Source: Amoeboaphelidium protococcarum X5 (taxonomy: Eukaryota; Fungi; Aphelidiomycota). Taken from it: a DNA stretch of 64,000 bases. A program made the position numbers and the translations under genes. Below the pieces are notes generated by a model. It was not told the DNA's origin. It saw only the letters and a program-made list of their open reading frames with translations, and did not search any database. The stretch lies in contig JALDTO010000192.1 in assembly GCA_023515725.1 (NCBI GenBank), positions 186,001 to 250,000 of the forward strand, written 5' to 3'. Each line of letters starts with the position of its first letter. Positions within the stretch are counted from its first letter, which is position 1. This document shows, one piece after another, positions 13,424-24,601 of the stretch.

Positions 13424-14419
13424 ATGAATAAATTGTAATTAATTAAAAAGTGTCTTCCAGCGACGCAATTTGATGCTATAGTAGCCTACGGTTCAGGCGT
13501 ATTCAATCAACATGGTGGCCTAGTTCCAAGATCTAAATCTGAACGCAGATCCAAGGCGTCTAATAATCATCAGACTACTAACAATGAAGGAGAAAAGAAG
13601 ATGATTGATTATATCGTGGCTGTTCCTGACACCAAAAGTTTCCATAAACTCAATCTATAAAAGAACGCCAGTCATTACTCGTCCATTGCTAGATCTCTTT
13701 CACCGCGTGTATTGTCATATTTGACTGATCAAGTAGGAGGTGGTATCTATTACAACACTGGAATACCGTTCGAATAGGAGACTCTAAAATATGGCGTTAT
13801 ATCAACTTCTATGCTGGTGAGTGATCTTACAAATTGGGATACTTTATACGTGGCTGGTAGACTGTAGAAGCCGGTGCTATTTGAATCGAACAGCTAAGAA
13901 GTGCTCTCTGCGTATAAGCAAAACTTGAACAGTGCTCTCACAGTGGCTGTGCTAATGATGCCTCAAACTGTGTTTACAAAATAAGAGTTATTTACATAGA
14001 TCTGTTAACTGTCATACATGGGAGACTTTAGAATGTATTTCAAGGCTGAAGATCCAAAGAAAATCCATAATATTGTATCCAACTAGTATTAGCAGTTTGA
14101 AGAACTATACCTCGAGACGATTAAATCAAGTCCACTACTCTCATAATCCACTCAAAATGGCGAACAGTTGTTGATGAGAGTAGACAAGGACGATACTGCC
14201 ATAAAGGACGCGTTATTATCTCTACCGTAGAATCTTAAAGCGGGAAAAGCTCCTCTCAATGATTATTCATAATTAGCCAGCTATTTACGGAAGAGGATCA
14301 TCTCAATAAGTCGCGATCCGGCAATAACGCAGGCTGTGAAGGGAGTTCTCACTGCTGGCGCCACCAAATCGTTCAACTATGCACTACGAAAGATTCAAAA
14401 AGCATATCAAAAGCAATGA
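13424..14419 (+). CDS. TAM41: Mitochondrial phosphatidate cytidylyltransferase Tam41
   Basis: AYGSGVF, MIDYIVAV, LKYGVIS, WDTLYVAGRLQKPV, LSYMGDFRM. Confidence 0.93.
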
Positions 14420-14466
14420 TATTATTATGAATGTATCTAATTAAAGTATCCATTACAACAATATAG

Positions 14467-14775
14467 TCATAATTATTATTAAACTTTGTAAACCAAATTT
14501 TATCCTATCAGCCGATTACCAATGTAAGATCCAATACCGAAAAATACTCCAATCAGCATTGGAAACACCACCAGATTTCGCACATCCCGCATGAGCCACG
14601 CATAATCTCTCAAGATCTTTTTTATCCTCTAATTCATTATTATCCTTTCAGTTACGCGAATCCTCACAAAGTAGTAGTTGATCAGAATTATAAAGTATCG
14701 CGGCGGTATATACGGTACTCCAAAAGAAACCTTTTAGAGTTGTGGGCGCTTGATCATCATCGCTCTTTTCTTCAT
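14467..14775 (-). CDS. Small single-TM protein, weakly Mim1-like
   Basis: 102-codon frame with hydrophobic LVVFPMLIGVFFGIGSYIG; resemblance to the Mim1 TM helix is impressionistic. Confidence 0.3.
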
Positions 14776-14908
14776 TTTACTGATTTCACCTTGTTGTAGG
14801 TTTACACCAGATAGATTTACCGAGTAAAAAACTTATCAGAAATCTTTAAATACTTATCATTAGTCATATTTAATTAGATTGGGATCTGGATATTTTGTAT
14901 CAAGAGCA

Positions 14909-16702
14909 ATGTGGAGCAGAATTAAGCGTATGATTAGTGTAAATATTGTGGGAATGTTGCTCTGTATTGCGATTGCTGTGGTGTTTAGTTTGATTGAACC
15001 TTTAGATGGTCTAACTCATTCAGCCATGCGTCTTATGGGTATTTTTATATCAACCATAGTGGCTCTTATTATTGTGGATTATCCTATATCGATGGTCACC
15101 GGTCTTTCGCTGTGTATTTTGGCGCTCACAAATTCATTGCAATGTCAGAGTGTTGATGGCGCGATGATACTGGATTGCTCACAGTGTAATCCACAAATCT
15201 GTCACCATGATGCTCCAGAGTCTTAATTGCTGGCGGCTTTGCAAGGATTTAGTAATGATGTCAATTGGTTGGTATTTTGCGCCTTCCACATTGGCACTGC
15301 TGTAGAGTACTCGAATCTGGGCAAGCGTGTATCACTGCTATTGATGAAAGTGCTCGGTTCGTCTGTACTCGGTCTTGGCTATGCCGTGATGCTCTCTGAA
15401 CTTATACTGGCACCTTTTGTTCCCAGTAACACTGCCAGAGGTGGTGGTATTGTTCTTCCCATTGTATACTCTATAGCGACCACTCTGGGCTCATTCCCGG
15501 ATATTGAGAACAGATCCAAGGGTGGTGAGTTTTTGATACTGGTCGGCGCGCATGCCAATCTGATTAGTGCCTCTTTATATCCCACTGGAATGGCTGCGAA
15601 TCCCACAGTTAGTGTTAAAGCACGGCAAGTATTCGATATTGAGTTTGGCTACCTCCAGTGGGTTGGTGGTAGTCTGGTGCCTGGTCTGTTGTCTTCTCTC
15701 ATAGTTCCATATCTCTTATATAGGCTTTCATTCAAATCTGCATAATCAGTTTAATCATAATAAAGATAATCGATATAGTCAGCTAGCGGGGATAAATTTG
15801 GTAATCTTATTGGTCGATTGTCTAACAGGATAAAAAGTAAATTTGGTGTCGATCTAGGAGATAAAGATTATATTGCATTGCCAACTTCCACCTCGGCCTC
15901 TTCCAGCTTGCCGCAGTCTCAACAAGTTAGAAATAGGAGCTCAGAGGTGATTACAGATTTTCTATTAGATGACGAGACTTCAGAACAGTAAGAATTGGAA
16001 GACACTGCTCATAAATTTCAAACTCTTCGAGCATAAATCAATTCAGAGTTACAATCTCTTGGTCCACTGTCTATTAGGGAATGGAAATTGATATTTATAC
16101 TCGTGGCCATGTTGACTCTGTGGCTTACAAAGAACTATAATAGATTGGATACAACTCTGGTTGCGTTCATTGGACTCATGGTCATGTTGTTCATGAATGT
16201 CATCTCTTGGGATGATGTGATTAGGAATTACAAGAGTCTGGATACTCTCTTCTGGTTGGGTATTCTGATTATGATGGCAAATCAGTTATCCCTGGCCAAA
16301 GTATCGGATGTACTGGGAATATAGATTAGTCGTCAGATTTCTCAATTTGATATTCCGCCTATTGCAGCAACGATCATCCTTGCCACGATATATTTTTACT
16401 CAATGTACATGTTCTCATCTCTGACTGGACACATTCTGGCTTTTGTGGGGCCATTTATGAATGCTGGCAAGTTGTTGAATCCAGGTAGTCCATTCCTCAC
16501 CACTGCTCTACTCGCCTACTTTTCTACTCTCAGTGGATGTCTAACTAATTTCAGTAGTGGCCCTATTGTAATCTACTTCTCACAAGGCTACTGTAAAGGC
16601 AGACTTAGGTGGTTTGGTATTGGCTTGACTGTTAGTTTTGTGTATATTGTCGTCTACTTCTCTATTGGTCTTGCCTGGTGGAAAGTGATCGGTTGGTGGT
16701 GA
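14909..16702 (+). CDS. DASS-family di/tricarboxylate transporter, DiT1/CitT (2-oxoglutarate/malate translocator)-like
   Basis: LAPFVPSNTARGGGIVLPI, ASLYPTGMAANP, YMFSSLTGH, C-terminal IGLAWWKVIGWW. Four supplied ORFs join in one frame; no intron needed. Confidence 0.9.
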
Positions 16703-16714
16703 TACTCATTTACT

Positions 16715-16754
16715 AGATTGATTTTTTTTGTATCTATAAAAGTGTATACATCAT
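16715..16754 (+). repeat. Left copy of ~40-bp imperfect direct repeat bounding the integrase/protease insert
   Basis: agattgattttttttgtatctataaaagtgtatacatcat; matches 19524-19566. Confidence 0.8.
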
Positions 16755-16980
16755 ATATGCATGGTGATTTCAAACGTGTCAATGTTAATAGAGCCTCAAA
16801 GCAACAACTGACAACTTTAGCATTTTGAAACTGGATTCTTTTAGCCAAATAAATCAACACTGTGCGATGGGAGAGAAGACACTTCATTGGTAATGAATGA
16901 TTCAGTGCCCCATTTCCGTGCATCTATTCCTTCAAATAAATAATTTTTATCAGGAAAGATTATCTTTTTTGAAATATACC

Positions 16981-18004
16981 ATGATGGCAAGTGATAATCA
17001 AGTTCTAAATCAATTCTTTAATGATCCCAAGACTGGCTTTGTGGGTGCCGAAAAATTGTGGAGACGTGCAAAAGTCATCAACTCAAAGATTACCATGAAA
17101 CAGGTGAAGGAATTCCTCGCCCAGAATCCATTAAACCAAGTGTTTCAGAAGCCAAAGAATGCGAAGCTCACACCAAAGATTCATGGTAAGTTAGGCCATT
17201 ACCAGGCTGATTTAACCTTTATGACGAGATATCAGAGACAAAACTCCAACTATCACATCTTGCTAGTCGTGATTAACGTGAATACAAAGTATGCATATGT
17301 CGTAGCCCTGAAAGATAAAGCACAAGAAACCGTATTGAACGGATAGGACAAAATACACAGAAATCAATTAATGATGGGCGACCATTTAAAGTTCTTCAGA
17401 CGGATAATGGTAAAGAGTTCCAAAACAATCGCATTGCAAATTGGATGAATGAGCATAGCATAACATCACAATATTGTGAAAAGGATGATAAGAAGTGTCT
17501 AGGCGTAGCAGAGAGGTTCAATCGCACTATAAAACTCATGATTGAAAAGTATCTGACAAGTAAGAACACGAATAGATGGATTGATAAGTTGCAAGACTTT
17601 GTTCAAAACTACACTCATCTTTTCATAATAGCATACCCGAGCGGCTAGAAATGTATGATGAAGCAGAACTGATAAGGAAAAGCATTGCTCACAATAATCG
17701 TGTCACCAATTCTGTAATCAAACGAGGTGACTTTGTAAGGTTACTGAATAAACGAGGCGCATTTGAGAAAGAGGGTCAACTGAAAGTTTACGTTGTTGAA
17801 GAAGTGAGGTTGAATAGTGTGCGGGTAGAAAGCAAACATCAAAAGTTCAATTTGTTTGAAGTATTGAAGGGTTCCCCTCTAAGTCAAGACATTGACAACT
17901 CATTAATGCAGAAGCAAATTGACAGCTACAGAGCTGATAAACGTATACGCGAACGTGAAGGTATTGAGCCCGATAGAAGACAAAGTAAAAGATTACGAAA
18001 GTAA
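16981..18004 (+). pseudogene. rve/DDE integrase of Polinton/Maverick (c-integrase) type with two frameshifts
   Basis: FNDPKTGFVGAEKLW, YQADLTFM (D), LQTDNGKEF (D), AERFNRTIK (E), WIDKLQDFVQNY, GDFVRL..FEK. Frame changes near 17345-17365 and ~17611. Confidence 0.88.
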
Positions 18005-18053
18005 CGGATTTATTGACACCATTAAAACCAGTAGGAGAGGTATGCTATTAAAA

Positions 18054-19359
18054 TCAAATATCATTACAATGTCGTTGTTGGCAAACATAGGCAATAGCAG
18101 CAGCGTCTTCAGGAATTTGGCCAACAATACACAATTCCTCAACAGCATTCATCAACGGAGTCGCCATGGAGCAGTACGGCAAGTTTTTAGGTGCTCTTTC
18201 CTGATGCGTGAAGCCTCGACCGCGATGAATGGCAAACGGAATGAACTTGCAACCTCTACGAGCAAAGTACAAGCTTCCGCTATCCCCACCCTGGCAAAAT
18301 GCCTCGCCAGATGTCCAGACAACTTCAATCATATCAGTCCATCGTTGCCTTGTTTTCGAAAACTCCACAGAACTTGAGAGACTATGCAGATAACCAAGTG
18401 TCAATCCGGATGCATTGCCAAACTTGTAGACAGGCGTTCCCAATTCAAACACTGTGTGATTCGGTATCCGATTAATACTTTCATCCTCATCACCAATGCA
18501 AAATATCGAGTCGTGATCAACCGCATCCACCAATTCCACCGCAGCAGCATCAATAGAGTCAGTCTCAACCCTGAGTGCAAGAGTCTGAGGAACACAATGT
18601 GCGGCCGTTAATGCAAACACTTTCGAATTCACATGTAAGAATCCTCCAACGGTGCCATTACCAAAGGAATTCCCAAAGTGTTTGGTCGACTGCCCCCCCC
18701 CCCTGAGAACAATCAAGAGTAAAGTCTTGGCGCGGACCTCGATTAAAGCTGATTATTTCCAAAACAGATTCGGCAGTAAAATCTTTGCAACTCCAATTCT
18801 TGCGAAAAGCCTCCTCAAACTCCTGCTGATGGACATCAGAAGTCGCCAAGATCCGCCTGTGGCGCGTGCCGGACACTCTCCACGAGTGAACACCTACTTT
18901 GCGAAATATATCTTCAATAATCTTCGAGACACCAAGAATTGTGAATGCGTATGCTACTTCTTCAGCAGTCCAAGTAAGTTCGTTTGACATTGTTCGGCGG
19001 TTATTATCTACAATGTCTTCCAAACAAGACTTGATCTCCAGGCGGCTTCCTTTTGCAATGTAGCCTGGTTGCAAAAGACACAACTTCGACTTTCGATATG
19101 AAGAAATCTTTTCGATGTTAGACGGCGACTCGAACAGTACGTCAAGTCCATGATCGATAATCTTGATCATAAACCTGCGGAATGGCATCGGCACAAAGTA
19201 TCCGTCCAATTTCAGCAGTGCCTTCTCTCTGGCGAGCTTCACGGGTTCGGTGTTCAGCCAAGCAAAGAATCGGTCGGATAGTAAAGTGTTATTTATTTCG
19301 GTACCATCTTCCGTTGAAGCCACAGATAAGCTATTCAGACCACCGGTAATCGCATCCAT
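18054..19359 (-). pseudogene. Trypsin-like (S1/PA clan) serine protease with unknown N-terminal domain, split by a frameshift at a G11 tract
   Basis: GTVGGF, LTAAHCV (His), IDAAAV (Asp), FCQGGDSGSL (Ser). The two supplied ORFs overlap at the C11 run, 18693-18703. Confidence 0.75.
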
Positions 19360-19523
19360 TTCTGTTAGAATAAGCAAAACAGAATAGATAAAAGTCAATT
19401 AAATAGTATACGTGCCGTGTGGCTGAGCTCTATTGATCAGAGATCAAGAAACAAAGTGGCGCAGCAAATTTCTCCTTATCCGAGACGACGGTCAAGGTTA
19501 GCGACAGAACATAAAACCCAACA

Positions 19524-19566
19524 AGATTGATAGTTTTTTTGTATTTATAAAAAGTGTATGCATCAT
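19524..19566 (+). repeat. Right copy of ~40-bp imperfect direct repeat
   Basis: agattgatagtttttttgtatttataaaaagtgtatgcatcat; matches 16715-16754. Confidence 0.8.
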
Positions 19567-19631
19567 TAATAATTCTATTCTCAAATCACTCTTTGATAAA
19601 GTGCTTTTATCTACCACTGATACTCAATCTA

Positions 19632-21355
19632 TCAATACTGTTTCTACTCGGCTGATGGTGGAATAAACATGGATTGGATCCATGCGAGTATAGACAATAT
19701 AGATAATGCGACAAACACCAGGTGATGATTGAATGGATACGACATGCCACTCTTTAATGAGTACTGATACATGATACCACCAAGCACGGGACCAATCGCT
19801 CTAACAAGACTCGCCAAACTCTGAGATATTCCATTGATTAGACCAAGACTGCCCAGAGTCGCCGAGTTGTTAATCATAACCATGATGGTGGTGAAAGAGA
19901 AGCTACCAGCAGCAACTCTAACCATGTGATGCACAGCAGTCAATGACCATAGCATGATATTACCAGACTGTCCTCCGTACTTCTACTGCGCATGCTACTT
20001 GGCATCTGTAAGGAAGGCTGTCACAAATATAACTGCAGATTGTACCAGCAAAGAGTCTCTAAACAACAATCTTCTTCTACGACGAGCCTCAGCCCAAGGA
20101 TACACAAAAATCTGGAATAATAGCAACAAGACACCAGCCATGGCCATGGATATACCAACCTCACTACTGGACCAGCCAAGTCCATTATATTGCTCATCCG
20201 TCTGGCAGTATAGGATATAAACTTCCTGGAATATGATTGTAATAAACGCCAGCAATATATACGCCATGATTGTCATTACCGGAGCATAGTTGGCTCCAGA
20301 ACAACACCATTTATATTCACCAGATTTAACTTCTTATTGTTGCAGCAATTGGGATTGAATTAAAACGTCTTCATCATCATCTGCATTCACATTAGATATT
20401 GCAGAGTGAAAGAGTCCATCAGTAGCTTCCTTACTGTCTTCATAACCAAGTAGCCGTTATGATTCGCTTTATAAGTACTCAGCCTCTGTATCACTGACAT
20501 TATCTTGCTAAGCATCAATTCTCCGGACTGAATTAGAAGCTTATGCCATTCTGTTTAGAGATTAAGCAATACTGAGCGATGTGCGCGGGTTAATCAACAC
20601 TTCATCATCACCATAGCCAACGGGGATATTGAGCCCTTGTCGTCGTCGTCGTCTATTGTGAAGCGACTCTTTGAAATACACCAGACCGATTATGAATCCA
20701 ACTAGCGACACTGTAGCAGACACTAGACACGGTAATAGATAGGGATAGGCGGCAAAAAGAGAACTACCTCCAAATACGCGCGGATACTTTGCAGCAGGTT
20801 CAGCCAGGAGACCACCAATGGCAGAGCCGAGGAGTGAGCCGATGCCAAACAAAAGGCCAAATATACTAAATCCTATAGTCTGCGTACTATCATCAGAGAT
20901 CTCACCCAGGACACACTTGGCCACACCGATATTTCCATTCAAGAATCCACAAGCAAAGCGACATACCAGCGCCCATGTAAATGACTTTGACACGCCAAAA
21001 AGGATCGATGTCAGAACGTTACCAAACAGGCCGAATAGGATAACCGGCTTCCGACCTATCCTATTACTCAGCTAGCCCCAGAATATAGATGTGAGGAATT
21101 GAGCGAACGGGAACGCTGCAGCTATAAATCCAGCATAGAATCCAACATCTCGCACATCTTCACTCAGATTGAAACTTTTGATCATGGGCACCATAAATCT
21201 ACAAATTGTGATTACACACGTATACTGTATTCCTTTAGATGTCATCAAGAACTCCTGCAATAAGATACTTACGGATACAAGATTGTAAGCGAGAGTGGCT
21301 CCGAGAATATGACGCAAGAAAGCACCACCAGCTATTTTATAAAATCCCTATTCAT
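19632..21355 (-). CDS. MFS transporter, ZIF-like/YCR023C family; intron 21199-21272
   Basis: FSEPLSLTILYP|FMVPMI, VGFYAGFI, LSNRIGRKPVIL, LNGNIGVAK, LVRAIGPVLGG. Confidence 0.9.
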
Positions 21356-21562
21356 TTTATTCTACCACCAAGGTATTATATAGAACGCTACTTGTCCGAT
21401 ACAGTTCTGTGTAATCAAAGTTGAAGAGAAAATTTAAAAAAAATTGTTTGAAAATTTGGATCGATCGTGAGTTCCCCTGTAGATTTGAGAATTTACTCAC
21501 AGTACAGTAGTGGAAGCTATCCTTTTTTTAATAATCTTAACTATCTACAAGAGGACTGAAAT

Positions 21563-22714
21563 ATGACTAAGAGTCATGCATCACTATATAGAGATACGGC
21601 GATATTGGCCCCGATGGTGCGCACTGGGTCACTTCCTATGCGTCGACTGTGTTTAGATTATGGCGCCGATTTGGTATATTCACCAGAGTTTATAGATCGA
21701 GCCGTGCTGAATTTTGAACGCGTCGTCAATGATGAACTGGGTATTATCGAGTACATTGACCGCGATAAGAGGCGACGTGTATTTGCACTAGATCAGTCTG
21801 TGGAGTAGGGGAAACTGATATTCTAGATGGGCACCGCTGATAAAGATCTGGCTGTGCGCGCCGCTAATATGGTCATTGATGATGTCACTGGTATTGATAT
21901 CAACTGCGGTTGCCCAAAGCATTTCTCTATCCATGGCGGTATGGGCAGTGCATTGTTAAAGAATCCTGATAATTTATGCTCCATACTCAGTGCTCTGGTG
22001 GAAGATGTAGTACATGGTCGTAAATCAAAGCCGGTGACTTGTAAAATTAGAATAGTGCCGCCTCCGCAAGGGTAATAGAACGTTAAAGGCGAGCGTGAAG
22101 AATTTAGCACATACCTACAAGATCGGATCTAGGATACAGTTAAGCTGGTGGGTAGATTGCAAGATACTGGAATATGTGCACTGGCCATTCACGCAAGATT
22201 GCCATCGGAGCGATATGAGACTGATGCTCATTAGGAGGTGTTTAGACGCGTGAAAGAAGCTCTGGATATTCCCGTGATTGCGAATGGAGATGTCTTCTCA
22301 TAGGAGGATATCAAGCGTGTCAGGGAAGATTACGGAGTGGATGGTGTGATGATTGCCCGGGCAGCCTAATCTAATGCCTCGGTATTCAGGCGAGAGGGAC
22401 CATTGCCAGTTGTGGAAGTGGCGCGTGAATACCTGCAACATTCAATCAGGTACCATAATGCATATCAGAATACCAAGTTTGTTCTTAATGCAATGATGCC
22501 GCAGCGAAAGCGGATGACTGCAGAGCAGAGGGAACTTCCGTTAAAATTACAGCGCGCTAAATCTATGCAGGATTTGATGAGTGCTCTCGGCGTATCGTAA
22601 GACTAAGATGCTCTGCTGAATGGAAGTGATCGAATGCACAATGCAATCAATGATGATTTGTGCCCATATATCCCTAGAGAAACTTATATGCCACCACAAA
22701 AAGGAGTAGAATGA
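21563..22714 (+). CDS. DUS2: tRNA-dihydrouridine synthase 2
   Basis: ILAPMVRTGSLPMR, GIDINCGCPKHFSIHGGMGSALL, PVTCKIR, PVIANGD. Confidence 0.93.
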
Positions 22715-22762
22715 TAGTTATGATTATATAATACTTTTAATGAGTTCAAATCACTTATAATT

Positions 22763-24118
22763 TCATTTGGATATCCTTTCAAGTTCCTGGCAATATCGCT
22801 GAAATTCTCCAGTTCCCTTTTTACACTCTTTAGTAAGTGCGCTGATGTATTACTCTTCCACTTGCTTTTCAAATTGTATCACTTGACCGGATGATCCGCC
22901 AGTATTAGTATTGCGATTAGCATCAGTTGATTATTATTACTTTGCTTGCATCCATGCCTGAGGAAAGTTATAAGGATTAACGTAGTATGGCACATTTCTC
23001 TACTATGTAAACAGCTTGTAATTGTACGCAGAAGATGGATGGAATGAATAGGATGGAGCCCCACCGCTACCGTATTAGCCAGAGGGAGACAGGACTGCAG
23101 AGTACATTGTTGATATTAAACCGTTCAATATCTACGCCACAATGACAATTATGAAAGGCAAAAACTGAATATATCTAAACCAGGAGGCAGCTGCAGCATT
23201 AGCTCGTTCCTCTTCATTATCATCAAGTGATGATTAACTACTTCCCCTCCTACGACCGCCTCTGTTCATACCACCATGATTTCCAAATGGATGATGATGC
23301 CTCTATCGAATGATCCTAGGCCTACCATCAAGACCAATAGTAACACCGGCACCACCAAATCCACCAGATGACATGAAAGGATTATCCATAGAAGATGTCA
23401 TACCGCCAAAGAACATGTTGAAGATATCTTCCGGGCTCATCTCTGGCACATATTCATCCTAACCGTAATGCGCATACCTGCCGCGAGTTCCACCAGCAGC
23501 TCCGAATGGGAATTGAGAACCGGCATTACTACTAAAAGGTGATGATTGTGAAGGACCACCGCGCTTTAAACCATCAACACCAAACTAATCATAAATCCTC
23601 CGTTTATCATCATTACTCAGCACTTGGAATGCAGTGCCAACTAATTTAAACGCCTCCGAAGCATTAGGCGCACCATTCTTATCAGGATGGACTTATAAGG
23701 CAATCTTGCGGTAAGATTTCTTGATCTGAGCCTCTGTCACTTGTGATGAAGATTTATCGAGTTGTAGTATTCCATAATAGTCATTCTTATTCTACAGGAT
23801 CCGCTGCACCACCGCGACATGCTCTTCTGTATAAGTTCGCTCTTACTCCGCCTAATTGCTTAAATCTTCATTGTTACTATTACTCCTACTCTATTCTCCA
23901 TTTGTTCGCTACTAGGAGTTATCGCCATTCAGAGTATCGCTTGATTAAGATTTCAATTTAGTCTCACATAGTCGCACCACCGAGTCCGCTTCATCCAACG
24001 AGGGATACAAAGACTATGATTTCTTGGCAAATTTTAACGCTCTAGCATAATCGCCATCTTTATAATATCCTTTAGCTATATCAATGCACTTTATAGCCTC
24101 GTCTTTATTAGACTCCAT
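22763..24118 (-). CDS. DnaJ subfamily B12/B14 (Hlj1-like) ER co-chaperone
   Basis: [16 protein letters not shown]-domain [28 protein letters not shown], a TM segment and a DUF1977-like tail. Confidence 0.9.
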
Positions 24119-24601
24119 CCCTCTCTATACAGTATTGTGATTCGATTAGCTTTACAGCAGTTAAATTGGAAAGAAGCGTTACAATTGGCGAAAGAGAAGA
24201 TTAACGGGCTCTAAAATTGCCAAAAGTTGATTATCACATTGCAGGGGGAAATTATGCTCCAGATGAACTGGTGCTCATCCACAGGATGAAAGCATGTCAA
24301 TATAAGTGATTATAAGGAAATCGCGGCGATCTTCTAAGAGCTATCTACGGCGATAAGTGAAGCTGATTGTTAAGGTGAGGATTAATTCAAAGCGTCAACT
24401 GGGTGAGTGTATGGATTTCTCGAAATATTAAAGCTATAGCTACGTACTACAGTATGAAATGTCGCGGAAATGCATGCATCAAACAAGCGTGGGCCGATTT
24501 GCATAAACACTTGTTTATATACTAGTTAGCGTAACGTATCGCGGTCGACGAAAATAATTACGGTGGTGACAAGCAGCTATTTGCAACGTGAAAAATGAAG
24601 A

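Larger units (their letters stand above)
16715..19566. mobile_element. Inserted cassette: decayed Polinton/Maverick-type integrase plus convergent trypsin-like protease
   Basis: Direct repeats at both ends, an integrase gene, atypical Gln codon use, and position between two convergent host transporter genes. Confidence 0.65.
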
